A stretch of DNA of 64,000 nucleotides from an uncultured Desulfosarcina sp. (lineage in GTDB: Bacteria; Desulfobacterota; Desulfobacteria; Desulfobacterales; Desulfosarcinaceae), in NCBI GenBank assembly GCA_963674945.2, contig CAXXWQ010000004.1:320001-384000 (forward strand), given 5' to 3'. The position numbers and the translations under genes are program-made. Of the stretch, positions 29,896 to 39,448 are shown in pieces (within the stretch, counting starts at the first letter, position 1; every line of letters starts with the position of its first letter). Under the pieces are notes generated by a model. It ran no database searches. It saw only the letters and a list, made by a program, of their open reading frames with translations, and was not told the origin of the DNA.

Positions 29896-31122
29896 ATGAT
29901 CGAACAAAACGTTTCAACGCCCAGAAAAGAGATCGACGACCGCATCGAAAAATTCCAACGTCGGCTGGTTGCCGAATCGGTTGATGGTGCGCTAATCATA
30001 CAGAATACAGACCTTTTTTACTTTGCCGGAACCATCCAGCAATCCCATCTTTACATACCGGCCCAGGGCCGGCCCCTGCTCATGGTTCGAAAGAGCCTGG
30101 CACGCGCCAGGGCGGAGTCCCCCATGTCCCACATCGTTCCCATGGCCAGTCCCAAACAGCTGATGGCCCTGATCGAGGAAAACGGTCTGGAACCGCCCAG
30201 GGTGATGGGCATGGAACTGGATGTCCTGCCGGCGAACAACTATCTGTATTACAAGAAGCTGTTTCCTTCTCTTACGATAAAGGATGTCTCCGTGCCCATC
30301 CGCATGGTTCGGTCGGTGAAAAGCCCCTACGAGCTGGATCTGATCCGACAGTCCGCTTCATTTTCCGACCGCTTGGCCCGGACCATGCCCGAACTGTTGA
30401 AAGCGGGAATGACAGAAATCGAGCTGGCCGGTCTTGTGGAGGCCGAAGCACGGCGGCTGGGGCACCAGGGATTGGTTCGCATGCGATTGTGGGGTTCCGA
30501 AATGTTTTATGGCCATCTCATGGCCGGTCCCGCCGCAGCGGTTCCCAGCTACCTCGCCTCTCCCACCGGAGGAGCGGCCATCAACGCGGCCGTTGCACAG
30601 GGACCGAGCTTTCGCAAGATAAAATCCAACGAACCGATACTACTGGACTATGTGTTTGCATGGAAAGGGTATATCAGCGATCACACTCGCATCTACGCCA
30701 TCGGTGAAATCCCCCGGATGATGGCAGATGCCCATGACCACATGCTCGACCTCCAGGAACGGATCAAGGTCATGGCCACACCCGGCACAACGGCGGGGGA
30801 GTTATACGAAGCGGCTATGGATATCGCTGATCAAAAGGGATTGGGGGATTACTTCATGGGGTTTGGCGATGATCGGGTCCGATTCATCGGCCACGGCGTC
30901 GGACTGGAGTTGGACGAATTCCCCTTCCTCGCCAAGGGCCAGAAAATACCGCTTCGAGAAGGAATGGTCATCGCCCTCGAACCCAAGGCAATTTTCCCCA
31001 ATCAGGGGGTGGTCGGCATCGAGAACACCCACGTGGTCACCCCAAACGGGCTGGAACAATTGACCCATGCTGACCAGCGGATTATAACAGTTTCATCACA
31101 AAATGTTTTCCAGGCCAAGTGA
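29896..31122 (+). CDS. Xaa-Pro peptidase (M24 family)
   Basis: Creatinase N-domain; GYISDHTR, GHGVGLE, ALEP, GIEN. Confidence 0.9.
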   Translation: MIEQNVSTPRKEIDDRIEKFQRRLVAESVDGALIIQNTDLFYFAGTIQQSHLYIPAQGRPLLMVRKSLARARAESPMSHIVPMASPKQLMALIEENGLEPPRVMGMELDVLPANNYLYYKKLFPSLTIKDVSVPIRMVRSVKSPYELDLIRQSASFSDRLARTMPELLKAGMTEIELAGLVEAEARRLGHQGLVRMRLWGSEMFYGHLMAGPAAAVPSYLASPTGGAAINAAVAQGPSFRKIKSNEPILLDYVFAWKGYISDHTRIYAIGEIPRMMADAHDHMLDLQERIKVMATPGTTAGELYEAAMDIADQKGLGDYFMGFGDDRVRFIGHGVGLELDEFPFLAKGQKIPLREGMVIALEPKAIFPNQGVVGIENTHVVTPNGLEQLTHADQRIITVSSQNVFQAK

Positions 31123-31124
31123 TC

Positions 31125-31545
31125 AGCAGATTAGCGGCTTTTTCCTCGACGCTGGAAGAGAGACGTTCCTCGCCGTCGAAGATCTAATTAACAGCGCCCA
31201 GGGTGCTTTTGAAGCCATGGTCCTTTTCCAGGCCGATGGTTTGATGAGTCAAGGTTTTTTCCAGCAAACCGACGGTGCGCCGAAGATCTTCGAGTTTCTG
31301 TGCCTGCTCCTATAGCCATTTTTCTTTCAGGATAAATCCGCGGATCAAATTCTCGCGTAACACGCGCTTGGCCCACTGGCGAAGCTGGGTGCCGCGGTTG
31401 GATTTTCCCGATAACCTACTGGAATAACGACATCCAGGTTGTGAAAAGATCCTTTGCGGCGAACCTTTCGTTTCTTCTCATTTTTAACTATTGAGGATTT
31501 TCCGGTAGTTCCTTTGCGGGGCAACTCATAGACAAAATATTTAGC
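31125..31545 (-). pseudogene. RhuM-Fic/Doc fusion remnant
   Basis: Across frames: NLDVVIPVGYR, KSNRGTQLRQWAKRVLRE, KDHGFKSTLGAV, SVEEKAANLL; internal stops and deletions. Confidence 0.75.
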
Positions 31546-31754
31546 CTGATAATCGATGAGTATCAATGGTTCCGTCAACCTTTTCTTTGTGCGCCGATAT
31601 TCATCCTTACGTTGCGATTGTGACATTAAATTTATGGAAGTCGAAGCAAGACAGCATGAGATCCATTTTAAATCAAATGGTTGGAATGAGATCACTAAAC
31701 TTGAAAACAGGAATAAAGTCAAGAAATCAGACCAGTCCGCAGACCATCCAATTT

Positions 31755-31894
31755 TTTCTCACCCAGGAGCAGTTCTTCAATGGGTTCGCATGCAATGGAA
31801 AGAATCAATCACCGGCGCTTGTGTGTACGGGTGCCCGGAGGGAACGAAGAGTTTCGCCGTTACCGTGTACGAACCCGAAGCACCGAGCGGATCG
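31755..31894 (+). pseudogene. Internal fragment of a second ybcL-like gene
   Basis: FLTQEQFFNGFACNGKNQSPAL / PEGTKSFAVTVYEPEAPSGS, colinear with 19643-19783; one frameshift. Confidence 0.85.
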
Positions 31895-31953
31895 TGATGA
31901 TGTAACCCCGTAAAAACTTTTTAATTGTTAAAAAAAGTTTTTATAAGAAACAC

Positions 31954-31984
31954 AAAAAGGGAACAGCACCGTGGCTGCTCCCTT
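31954..31984 (-). terminator. Intrinsic terminator of rplM-rpsI
   Basis: AAGGGAGCAGC-loop-GCTGTTCCCTTTTT on the minus strand. Confidence 0.8.
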
Positions 31985-32014
31985 CCTGGTAATAAGGGGT
32001 AGGATAAGGGCAAA

Positions 32015-32410
32015 TCAGCGTTTGGAAAACTGGAAACGCGCCCTTGCACCCTTTTGTCCGTACTTCTTTCGCTCTTTTTCTCTCGGATCCCGTTTGACGA
32101 ACCCGGCCCGTTTCAGAGATTGCCGAAGATCCGGGTCGAACAGGATCAGGGCCTTGGTGATACCGTGTCGTACCGCCCCCGCCTGGCCGGAAATTCCGCC
32201 GCCGTGGACCTTCACCTTGATATCGAAGGTATCCAGGTGGTTGGTCAGCGTCAGTGGCTGGCGCAGGATGGTTCTGGCCGTACTCACGGTGAAGTACTCA
32301 TCCGCAGGCTGATCGTTAACGGTTATGACACCGCTGCCGGGCTTGATCCACGTTCTCGCGATGGCATTCTTTCTTTTTCCCGTTGCGTAATGTGTTTTTT
32401 CTGTTGCCAT
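32015..32410 (-). CDS. rpsI: 30S ribosomal protein S9
   Basis: [27 protein letters not shown]. Confidence 0.99.
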   Translation of the reverse strand: MATEKTHYATGKRKNAIARTWIKPGSGVITVNDQPADEYFTVSTARTILRQPLTLTNHLDTFDIKVKVHGGGISGQAGAVRHGITKALILFDPDLRQSLKRAGFVKRDPREKERKKYGQKGARARFQFSKR

Positions 32411-32452
32411 GGTATTTTCCGGGTATCTATGGTTGTATCGATTATATTGAAA

Positions 32453-32890
32453 TTATTGAATGCTGAGAACTTCCGGCTGCTGGGCTTCGTGGGGGTGTTG
32501 CTCCCCCGCGTATACCTTGAGCTTTTTAAATAATTTTCTGCCCAGGCTGTTCTTCGGAAGCATTCCCCTTACGGCAAAACGGATCACGTCTTCGGGCCTT
32601 TTTTCCAGCAGCTTTTTCGCGGTGATGGTCTTCAACCCTCCGATGTAGCCACTGTGGCGATAGTATTTTTTCTGATCCAATTTTCTTCCGGTAAGAACGA
32701 TCTTTTCGGCGTTGATCACCACTACGGAATCACCCAGATCCGCATGGGGGGTGAAAAGGGGGTTATTTTTGCCCCGCAACGTAGCGGCCACCTGGGAGGC
32801 GAGACGTCCGAGGACGGCGCCCTCGGCATCCACAACCCACCATTTGTTCTGATTGTCGGCGTTTTTCGCACTATATGTATATTTTTTCAC
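32453..32890 (-). CDS. rplM: 50S ribosomal protein L13 (GTG start)
   Basis: [33 protein letters not shown]. Confidence 0.99.
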   Translation of the reverse strand: MKKYTYSAKNADNQNKWWVVDAEGAVLGRLASQVAATLRGKNNPLFTPHADLGDSVVVINAEKIVLTGRKLDQKKYYRHSGYIGGLKTITAKKLLEKRPEDVIRFAVRGMLPKNSLGRKLFKKLKVYAGEQHPHEAQQPEVLSIQ

Positions 32891-33022
32891 CGTATTCACT
32901 CCTGTTCGTTTCTTAGAATCTGGCACTATTAATGAATAATCTCGACGGTGTCAAGGAAAAATCGATATGCCCCCCTGTTTCATGTTTGACATCCTCCGCC
33001 GATTTTGCGATATCCCATCGTC

Positions 33023-33646
33023 ATGGAACATCTTGAAATCGAAATCAAATTCAATGTCTCCGATTTCTATGACCTTAGAAGCCGCCTGATGGATATGGAC
33101 GCCACCTGTATCGGCCAGCGCACCTTTGAACGCAATGTCCGCTACGACACCGAGGATAGCCGGCTGCTGGAAAAAGGTTGCCTGCTGCGCCTTCGAAAGG
33201 ATACGGATATCACCCTCACCTTCAAGTCACCGCCGGGTGTCCCCGAGACAGAGTATAAAGTCTATCGGGAATTGGAGGTAACGGTCAACGATTTCGATGC
33301 CATGGATGCTCTTTTGAAAAATCTCGGGTTCGCGCCTCGCCAGATTTACGAGAAGTGGCGGGAAACCTGGCGATTGGATGGAGAAATCATCTGCATGGAC
33401 ACCATGCCCTTTGGCCGGTTTCTGGAGATCGAAGGCTCACCGGAACCGATCAAACGACTGGCAGGAAAATTGGGCCTTTCATGGGAGCATCGCATTCTCC
33501 AAAGCTATCTGGAAATGTTTTCGGTCTTACGGAAGATGGAAGGTCTGGATTTTATTGATGTCACCTTCGACAATTTCCGGTCCGTGCGTATCCCCTTCGA
33601 CAGATACCGCAGCCGATTCGAAGCAGATGGTCCAACCACGTCGTAA
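33023..33646 (+). CDS. CYTH domain protein (class IV adenylate cyclase-like)
   Basis: EIEIKF, LRLR, YEKWRETW, FLEIE. Confidence 0.9.
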   Translation: MEHLEIEIKFNVSDFYDLRSRLMDMDATCIGQRTFERNVRYDTEDSRLLEKGCLLRLRKDTDITLTFKSPPGVPETEYKVYRELEVTVNDFDAMDALLKNLGFAPRQIYEKWRETWRLDGEIICMDTMPFGRFLEIEGSPEPIKRLAGKLGLSWEHRILQSYLEMFSVLRKMEGLDFIDVTFDNFRSVRIPFDRYRSRFEADGPTTS

Positions 33647-33667
33647 GCATACGGCCCAGAGTCAGTA

Positions 33668-33693
33668 GATATCGGGCAAATTGCCCATTTCTG
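33668..33693. repeat. Solo arm of ERIC-like repeat (copy D)
   Basis: GATATCGGGCAAATTGCCCATTTCTG, 25/26 identical to 42542-42567. Confidence 0.7.
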
Positions 33694-33705
33694 ACCGATG
33701 ACGCA

Positions 33706-34041
33706 TTATGTTCTTTGACACGTAATCCTGGCATTCAGTTGACCGCCGGGTTCCACTACAAGGTCCTGGCACACCACCTCACCGGAACAACGTCCTGTCG
33801 CCAGGATCAATACTTTGCCGGATGTTTCGACGCGTCCTTCGAATCGCCCGCCGATGGTCATGGTCTCTACGTTGACATCCGCTAGGACCGTCCCCTCTTC
33901 ACTGATGACGACGCTCTTTCCCGTAAGGGTGCCCTTTACCGTGCCCTTGACGACCAGATTCCCCTTGTCCACGATTGATCCGTCCACCTCCAAGTCCCTG
34001 TCGATGATGGAAAAAACCTGATGATGATCGGCCACGGCCAC
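33706..34041 (-). CDS. Bactofilin (polymer-forming cytoskeletal protein)
   Basis: SIID..VDG...LVVKG.VKG...VVISEEG...IGGRFEG..LVVEPGG beta-helix pattern. Confidence 0.92.
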   Translation of the reverse strand: MAVADHHQVFSIIDRDLEVDGSIVDKGNLVVKGTVKGTLTGKSVVISEEGTVLADVNVETMTIGGRFEGRVETSGKVLILATGRCSGEVVCQDLVVEPGGQLNARITCQRT

Positions 34042-34080
34042 AGTCTCCTTCCTATATCGAATCCTTTACGAGTGTATTTT

Positions 34081-34998
34081 TCATCGATTCTTCCTGTCAG
34101 GCCCCGAGGTCGCGGGAACCGAATCGGTCGCAGCCCCTTTTTCATTGGGCGTCACATCTGCCGGTGGGACCGCCAGTGGGCCGGGAGGTGTGATATGGTA
34201 TTGTTTCTCCAGTATCTTATCGCCGCCATGATCGAATACGAAAACGGTGGCAGAAGTATATCGAGAGAGCTGATTCGGGCCGGTTCCCGACATGGTCATA
34301 TCGATGTATCTGGAAATTCGAAACGGGTTCCCGTCACTTCCATCGGGCTGCCCCTGTGACAAGGGCACATCCGGCAGTGCAAACCATTCAACTGGATCCG
34401 ATCCTTCCGTCTTGAGCACGACGACACACCGCCCTTCAACGGGATCGGATCGGGGACCGGTATTTTGCACGCGAAATTGGGCCGTGACGTGATTGGCACG
34501 AACATCGAATAGTACCTCGAAATTTCCCAAAGCGACTGCAGGTTGTGCCGGTGGTTCGGATGATTGAACAACGGGCGGATCCGACGATGGCACACCGGCA
34601 TCTTGTCGATGTTTTTTTTCGACTTCGACAGGCGCTCTGCCTCCGGCCGTGGACGCCTCTGATGTGTTGGTTTTATTGATCCCTGCTGCCGACGCTTCGG
34701 ATGACGACGGCTGGAATTGTTCGAGGCGGGCTTTGACCAGCACCAATTCGGCTGTCCTTCGTTCATGTTCGCTCTTGAAATGGGCCGCTTGTTCGCTGAC
34801 ATCGGCCAGTTTCTCCCGGTTTTGCCGATGTCGCGCTTTTTCCATTGCGAATTGCCACCCCAGCAGCGCACTCGCCAGGCCGAACAGCACCAACAACCCC
34901 ACGAGTGTCAATGCGAATCCCTTCACGTGTCGGAAAGGAATGATTCGTCCATCGTCTGCCACCAACAGCAGCTGCCAATTGGATTCGGGTCGTGCCAT
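34081..34998 (-). CDS. Single-TM coiled-coil protein with C-terminal beta-rich domain
   Basis: Cytoplasmic WQLLLVADDGRIIPF, TM, coiled coil, Pro/Ser linker, beta-strand domain. Confidence 0.8.
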   Translation of the reverse strand: MARPESNWQLLLVADDGRIIPFRHVKGFALTLVGLLVLFGLASALLGWQFAMEKARHRQNREKLADVSEQAAHFKSEHERRTAELVLVKARLEQFQPSSSEASAAGINKTNTSEASTAGGRAPVEVEKKHRQDAGVPSSDPPVVQSSEPPAQPAVALGNFEVLFDVRANHVTAQFRVQNTGPRSDPVEGRCVVVLKTEGSDPVEWFALPDVPLSQGQPDGSDGNPFRISRYIDMTMSGTGPNQLSRYTSATVFVFDHGGDKILEKQYHITPPGPLAVPPADVTPNEKGAATDSVPATSGPDRKNR

Positions 34999-35025
34999 GT
35001 TTACGGAGTCCTCATCTTTTACCCA

Positions 35026-36003
35026 TTAAAGCGTTTTTAACTTCTTTCTGGCGATCTTTGCCTCATCAGTCTGCGGGTATCCGGCAATCAGTTCGTTGAA
35101 AAGCCGACGGGCGGTTTCGGTTTTCCCCATCTCAATACAGGAGAATCCCTGCTTCAGCAGTGCGCCGGGAACTTTGTTTCCCGACGGATAGTTATCGATT
35201 ACCTTCCGATATTCGATGATGGCTTTGTCGTACAATTTCTCGCGATAGTAACATTCCCCGATCCAAAATCGAGCGTTGTCCGCACGAGACGACTTTGGAT
35301 ATGTTGCGATCAACTTCTCGAAACCGTTCCGGGCGCCGTCATAATCCCCATTTCTGAATTTCTTCATTGAAGATTCATACAGATCCTCTTCCGAGACCGG
35401 TTTTTCCGAAACTTGTTCATCCGGGACTGTTTTCTCAACAGCCTCTGCGGTAGTCTGCTTTTCTGTTTCGGATGGCTGAAGGGGTGGGGACGAAACAGGA
35501 AGGGATTCGGACTCCTCTTCTACTGGTGCGATTTTTTGAGAAACGTTCTCTGACTGCGCCTCTTCTGCGAAAGGTGTTCCCGATGATGCGGATTCTTCTT
35601 TCTCTTGAATATTCTCCTCGGAGAGAATATCTCTTCTCTCATCAACCGTTTGTGGCGTCGGTGCGTTGCCTTTGGGTTCGATCTTTTGAATCGTCGGCAA
35701 CGCGGTCTTTTCCGAAAGCGCCTCTTCAATGCCGGCTTGTGCCAATTCCAAAGCGGTAACATCCGATTCGAGTTCACTTTTATAATGCGCCACATGTCGG
35801 TTGGCCGCCACCAATTGCGCCAGTGTTCGCCGATGCCGCTTCTTTTCGATTACAAGCTGCCAGCCCAATACCGCAGAAGCGAGAAACAATATGGCAATCA
35901 AAACCAAAAGGATCGTAGCGAATCCCTTCACATGGCGAAAGGGGATCACGCGGCCGTCGTCCGCCATCATCAGCAGTTGCCAATTGGATTTGGAATCAGT
36001 CAC
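35026..36003 (-). CDS. Chimeric membrane-anchored CpoB/YbgF-like TPR protein
   Basis: N-terminus paralogous to 34081-34998; last 120 aa are 86/120 identical (hand count) to the CpoB TPR at 39449. Confidence 0.85.
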   Translation of the reverse strand: MTDSKSNWQLLMMADDGRVIPFRHVKGFATILLVLIAILFLASAVLGWQLVIEKKRHRRTLAQLVAANRHVAHYKSELESDVTALELAQAGIEEALSEKTALPTIQKIEPKGNAPTPQTVDERRDILSEENIQEKEESASSGTPFAEEAQSENVSQKIAPVEEESESLPVSSPPLQPSETEKQTTAEAVEKTVPDEQVSEKPVSEEDLYESSMKKFRNGDYDGARNGFEKLIATYPKSSRADNARFWIGECYYREKLYDKAIIEYRKVIDNYPSGNKVPGALLKQGFSCIEMGKTETARRLFNELIAGYPQTDEAKIARKKLKTL

Positions 36004-36076
36004 GAGTTTCTTTCGTAATACGGTTTGGCCATCTTTGGCCTGGAAAAGCTTTTTACGAAGCCGTCAAGACTGCATG

Positions 36077-36910
36077 TCATCCGCCTCTCACACAGACACG
36101 ATCCCCTCTGTTCACTTTGAACAACCGGCTGGCGCTGCCGCAGTTGACGGAAATTTCCAACAAACCGCGACTGCCCACGATCGCCATTGGTCGATGGAGC
36201 TGAACCCGGCCGTAGGCAGTGGTCAGTCCCGCAATCGTTGTTTTCCCGGCCAGGTCCACGACCAACGGTTTGCCGGTCGTTCGTCGGATCAGTGCGTCCA
36301 GGGCAGGGGTATCCACATTGGTCATCAGGTTGCCGAACCGGTCGACGGCCACCACCTCTCCCCGAATCGTGGTTCTGGACTCGAAGCGGCACCGGGGCAC
36401 CACACCCGTTACGAGGCTCTTTGCACTGATCACCGGCCCCAGTTCCTCCATTGGCACGCCCCTGGCCATGTGAGCGGCGACGGGTGCGAAGACATCCCGC
36501 CCATGAAAGGTCTGACTGACCGATGGCAAAAAAAATTCCGATTTCGTCACCGAGACGGCAATCTCCAACGGTTTTCGATCCGTCACCCGTTCGAGTAGCC
36601 CATTGTCCGGCGCAAGAAAATGGTGTCCGTTGCAGGTGACAGCCACGATGCGCCGGTCGCCGCCGACTCCCGGATCTACGATGGCCACATGGATGGTGCC
36701 GACGGGGAAATAGGAGTAGGCAGCGGCCAGAATGAAGGCGCCGTGGACAATATCCTGGGGTTCGATGCGGTGACTGATATCCACAACACGGATGCCGGGA
36801 TGGATACCGGCGATCACCCCTTTCATCACGCCCGCATATTCGTCCCGGTCACCGAAATCGGTAAGAAAGGTAATCAGTGGAGCGGATTCAATAGTACGTT
36901 CACCAGCCAT
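36077..36910 (-). CDS. SAM hydroxide adenosyltransferase / chlorinase-fluorinase family (DUF62)
   Basis: FLTDFG, VDPGVG, APDNG, SQTFHGRDVFAP, DRFGNLMTN. Confidence 0.93.
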   Translation of the reverse strand: MAGERTIESAPLITFLTDFGDRDEYAGVMKGVIAGIHPGIRVVDISHRIEPQDIVHGAFILAAAYSYFPVGTIHVAIVDPGVGGDRRIVAVTCNGHHFLAPDNGLLERVTDRKPLEIAVSVTKSEFFLPSVSQTFHGRDVFAPVAAHMARGVPMEELGPVISAKSLVTGVVPRCRFESRTTIRGEVVAVDRFGNLMTNVDTPALDALIRRTTGKPLVVDLAGKTTIAGLTTAYGRVQLHRPMAIVGSRGLLEISVNCGSASRLFKVNRGDRVCVRGG

Positions 36911-36981
36911 AGGAAAAAATTCCATAAAATCAATATGGCCGCAAGACAACTTGGTCCGAATCGCACCGGCAGTACTGCGCC

Positions 36982-37108
36982 CGCCGGATTTGGGTTGCGT
37001 TCGAGATCAAGGCTTGCGAGACCCGAGGAGCGAGTCGTACATGAAGTACGTCGCAGTGACGAGGGACGAAGCGCAGGCGCAGATATCGGGCGCAACCCGA
37101 AGCCGGCG
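36982..37108. repeat. ERIC-like hairpin repeat, copy B
   Basis: CGCCGG..GGGTTGCGTTCGAGATC / GATATCGGGCGCAACCC..CCGGCG arms; core CCCGAGGAGC..TACATGAAGTA..GTGACGAGGG. Confidence 0.8.
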
Positions 37109-37110
37109 CA

Positions 37111-38151
37111 TTAGAACAGTTTTTGCTGGACAGCAATCCCCAAATGACCATATGCCGCATCGCAGACCCGGCGCCCAGAGGAAGTGCGAATCACCATTCC
37201 GATTTTCAGCAGATAGGGTTCCACCACGTCCACAAGGGTATCGGACTCCTCCTGCAAGGTGGCCGCGATCGCCTCGATGCCAACCGGCCCGCCACCATAA
37301 TAGTCGATAATGGTCTTCAGGTACCGGCGGTCGAGACGGGTAAGCCCCTGTTCGTCCACACCCTCTAACGATAGTGCCGCTTCCACGATGGGCTTGGAGA
37401 TGGTTCCGTCGCCACGGACCTGAGCGTAGTCTCGAACGCGTTTGAGCAATCGATTTGCAATGCGAGGCGTTCCCCGACAGCGTTTGGCCAATTCCTGGGC
37501 ACCCGATGTGTCGATGGATACCTGTAACAAGGATGCGCTGCGGGTGGTGATTTGCACCAACTCATCGAGACCGTAGAAATCGAGACTGCGGAAGATGCCG
37601 AAACGGTCCCGAAGCGGCGCGGAAAGCAATCCCACCCGGGTGGTTGCCCCGACGAGGGTGAATGCCTTGAGCCGATACCGGTGGCTGCGGGCGTGAATTC
37701 CCTTGTCGAAGACAAAGTCCACGGCAAAATCTTCCATTGCCGGGTAAAGAAATTCCTCGACCGTTTTGGGTGTCCGGTGAATCTCATCCACAAAGAGGAC
37801 ATCCCCTTCTCCCAGATGCGTGAGGATCCCGATCAGATCCCCGCCCTTTTCCAGGGCCGGTCCTGAAGTCACGGTGAGTGCACCGCCCATCTCATTGGCA
37901 ATGATGTGGGCCAAAGTGGTCTTGCCCAACCCCGGTGGTCCGTGAAAAAGAACGTGTTCCAGTGGTTCTGACCGGAGTTTGGCGGCCTCGATGGCGATCT
38001 TCAAGGTCTCCACCACTTCGGCCTGGCCGACATAGGCATCGAGCCGTTCAGGCCGCAAGGAGAGAATCTCCGGATCCCGGTCACCGTGTTGGAGTCCACC
38101 ATCGACGATGGTGGTTTCATCGGATCTGTGGGTGAGAATCCGATCCGCCAT
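37111..38151 (-). CDS. ruvB: Holliday junction branch migration ATPase
   Basis: [39 protein letters not shown]. Confidence 0.98.
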   Translation of the reverse strand: MADRILTHRSDETTIVDGGLQHGDRDPEILSLRPERLDAYVGQAEVVETLKIAIEAAKLRSEPLEHVLFHGPPGLGKTTLAHIIANEMGGALTVTSGPALEKGGDLIGILTHLGEGDVLFVDEIHRTPKTVEEFLYPAMEDFAVDFVFDKGIHARSHRYRLKAFTLVGATTRVGLLSAPLRDRFGIFRSLDFYGLDELVQITTRSASLLQVSIDTSGAQELAKRCRGTPRIANRLLKRVRDYAQVRGDGTISKPIVEAALSLEGVDEQGLTRLDRRYLKTIIDYYGGGPVGIEAIAATLQEESDTLVDVVEPYLLKIGMVIRTSSGRRVCDAAYGHLGIAVQQKLF

Positions 38152-38231
38152 TACGAGGCCCACACTTTTTGTTGCACCATGGCTACACTCCGGCAAATGC
38201 GTTTAATAATGACGTCTCCAAAAATATAAAA

Positions 38232-38855
38232 TCACGTATAGGTTCGCTGTGAATGATATATCTCATCAAACAAGTCCTCTGCCGATGCGATATCTCGGTT
38301 TCGCTTCATGACATCGACGACCATCTGTCGGGCGTCGGTGGTCTTGTATCCCAACTGAGACACGAGCACATCCATCACCACCTGGACGAAGTCCTCGTCC
38401 TCCGGCCCCTGGTTTTCCTCTTTTCTATGCTTGATCAGGGCAAATTTGTTCATTTTCCCCTGCAATGAAGCGACAATTTTATGGGCCGTACGATCCCCGA
38501 TGCCATTCAACCTTTTGAGAGCACCGACATCTCCGCTTTCGATGGCATGGGCGATATCGCCCACCGGAACATTGAGCGCTTTTACGGCTTTGAGTGGTCC
38601 GATGGCCTCGACGGATATGAAATACTGGAAAAATTCCTTTTCCGCTTCCAGCTGGAAACCGATTAACACCGGCTTGGGTTGCCTTTCCGTCTGATAGTAG
38701 TAGATGTATAAAGAGACCTCATCTCCGATGGATTTTTGCTTTATTGTCTCCATGACGACAATCGGGACGAGAACTTCGTATCCCACATGATTCACCAGGA
38801 GCAAAATCCGGTCCTGCTCCTTTTTCATCAATCTGCCCTCTAAATATCCAATCAT
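38232..38855 (-). CDS. ruvA: Holliday junction binding protein
   Basis: MIGYLEG, VGYEV, HhH IGPLKA / GIGDRTA; lies between ruvC and ruvB. Confidence 0.95.
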   Translation of the reverse strand: MIGYLEGRLMKKEQDRILLLVNHVGYEVLVPIVVMETIKQKSIGDEVSLYIYYYQTERQPKPVLIGFQLEAEKEFFQYFISVEAIGPLKAVKALNVPVGDIAHAIESGDVGALKRLNGIGDRTAHKIVASLQGKMNKFALIKHRKEENQGPEDEDFVQVVMDVLVSQLGYKTTDARQMVVDVMKRNRDIASAEDLFDEIYHSQRTYT

Positions 38856-38866
38856 CGCAAATCCTC

Positions 38867-39355
38867 TTAAGTCCGGTGGTCAAAATGCCGGAACAATCCA
38901 ATCAACGCCAACCCAAGGGCATCCGAGGCATGGAAGGGACGGATGGGATTGGTCGTATTGAGCGTATTTCGTACCGCACGTTCCAGCTGCTGTTTCGATG
39001 CCCTGCCGTTGCCGGTGAGGATTTGTTTGGCCTGGCGCACCGGTATTTCCAGCAGGGGGATACCGGACTGGCTTCCCGCCAATAGCAGAACGCCGCACAC
39101 CTTTCCCAAAACGATACCTGACTGGGGATATTTTTCAAGGGAAAAGACATCTTCAACAACCATCAGGTCCGGCGCCTCTTGTGTGAGTACCCGACAAATT
39201 TTTTCATAAATATGCTTGACCCGAAAAGGGGTCGGATCCGCCTTGGACGTGGAGATCGTACCGTAGGCAAAACCGCACACCTTCAAACCGCTGCCGGAAA
39301 CGATACCGATTCCGGTTTCCGCCAAGCCAGGATCGATTCCGATCACCTTTAGCAT
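38867..39355 (-). CDS. ruvC: Holliday junction resolvase
   Basis: IGIDPG, VEDVF, TGNGRASK, SDAL. Confidence 0.96.
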   Translation of the reverse strand: MLKVIGIDPGLAETGIGIVSGSGLKVCGFAYGTISTSKADPTPFRVKHIYEKICRVLTQEAPDLMVVEDVFSLEKYPQSGIVLGKVCGVLLLAGSQSGIPLLEIPVRQAKQILTGNGRASKQQLERAVRNTLNTTNPIRPFHASDALGLALIGLFRHFDHRT

Positions 39356-39448
39356 GGCCGTTTACCGTTTCGCCAATAGCCGGTTGGATTGAATCCTATG
39401 GAGAATGGGTCCATGGAGGGTCAATGGGATCGTGGGAGACATGTAAAA

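Noticed and set aside
36077..36910. Fluorinase/chlorinase natural-product pathway
   Set aside because: Hydrolase-type motif and a purely housekeeping context with no biosynthetic genes.
36792..37310. ORFs spanning hairpin repeats (also 15912-16142 and 42364-42666)
   Set aside because: They are translations of the palindromic repeats or antisense to real genes.
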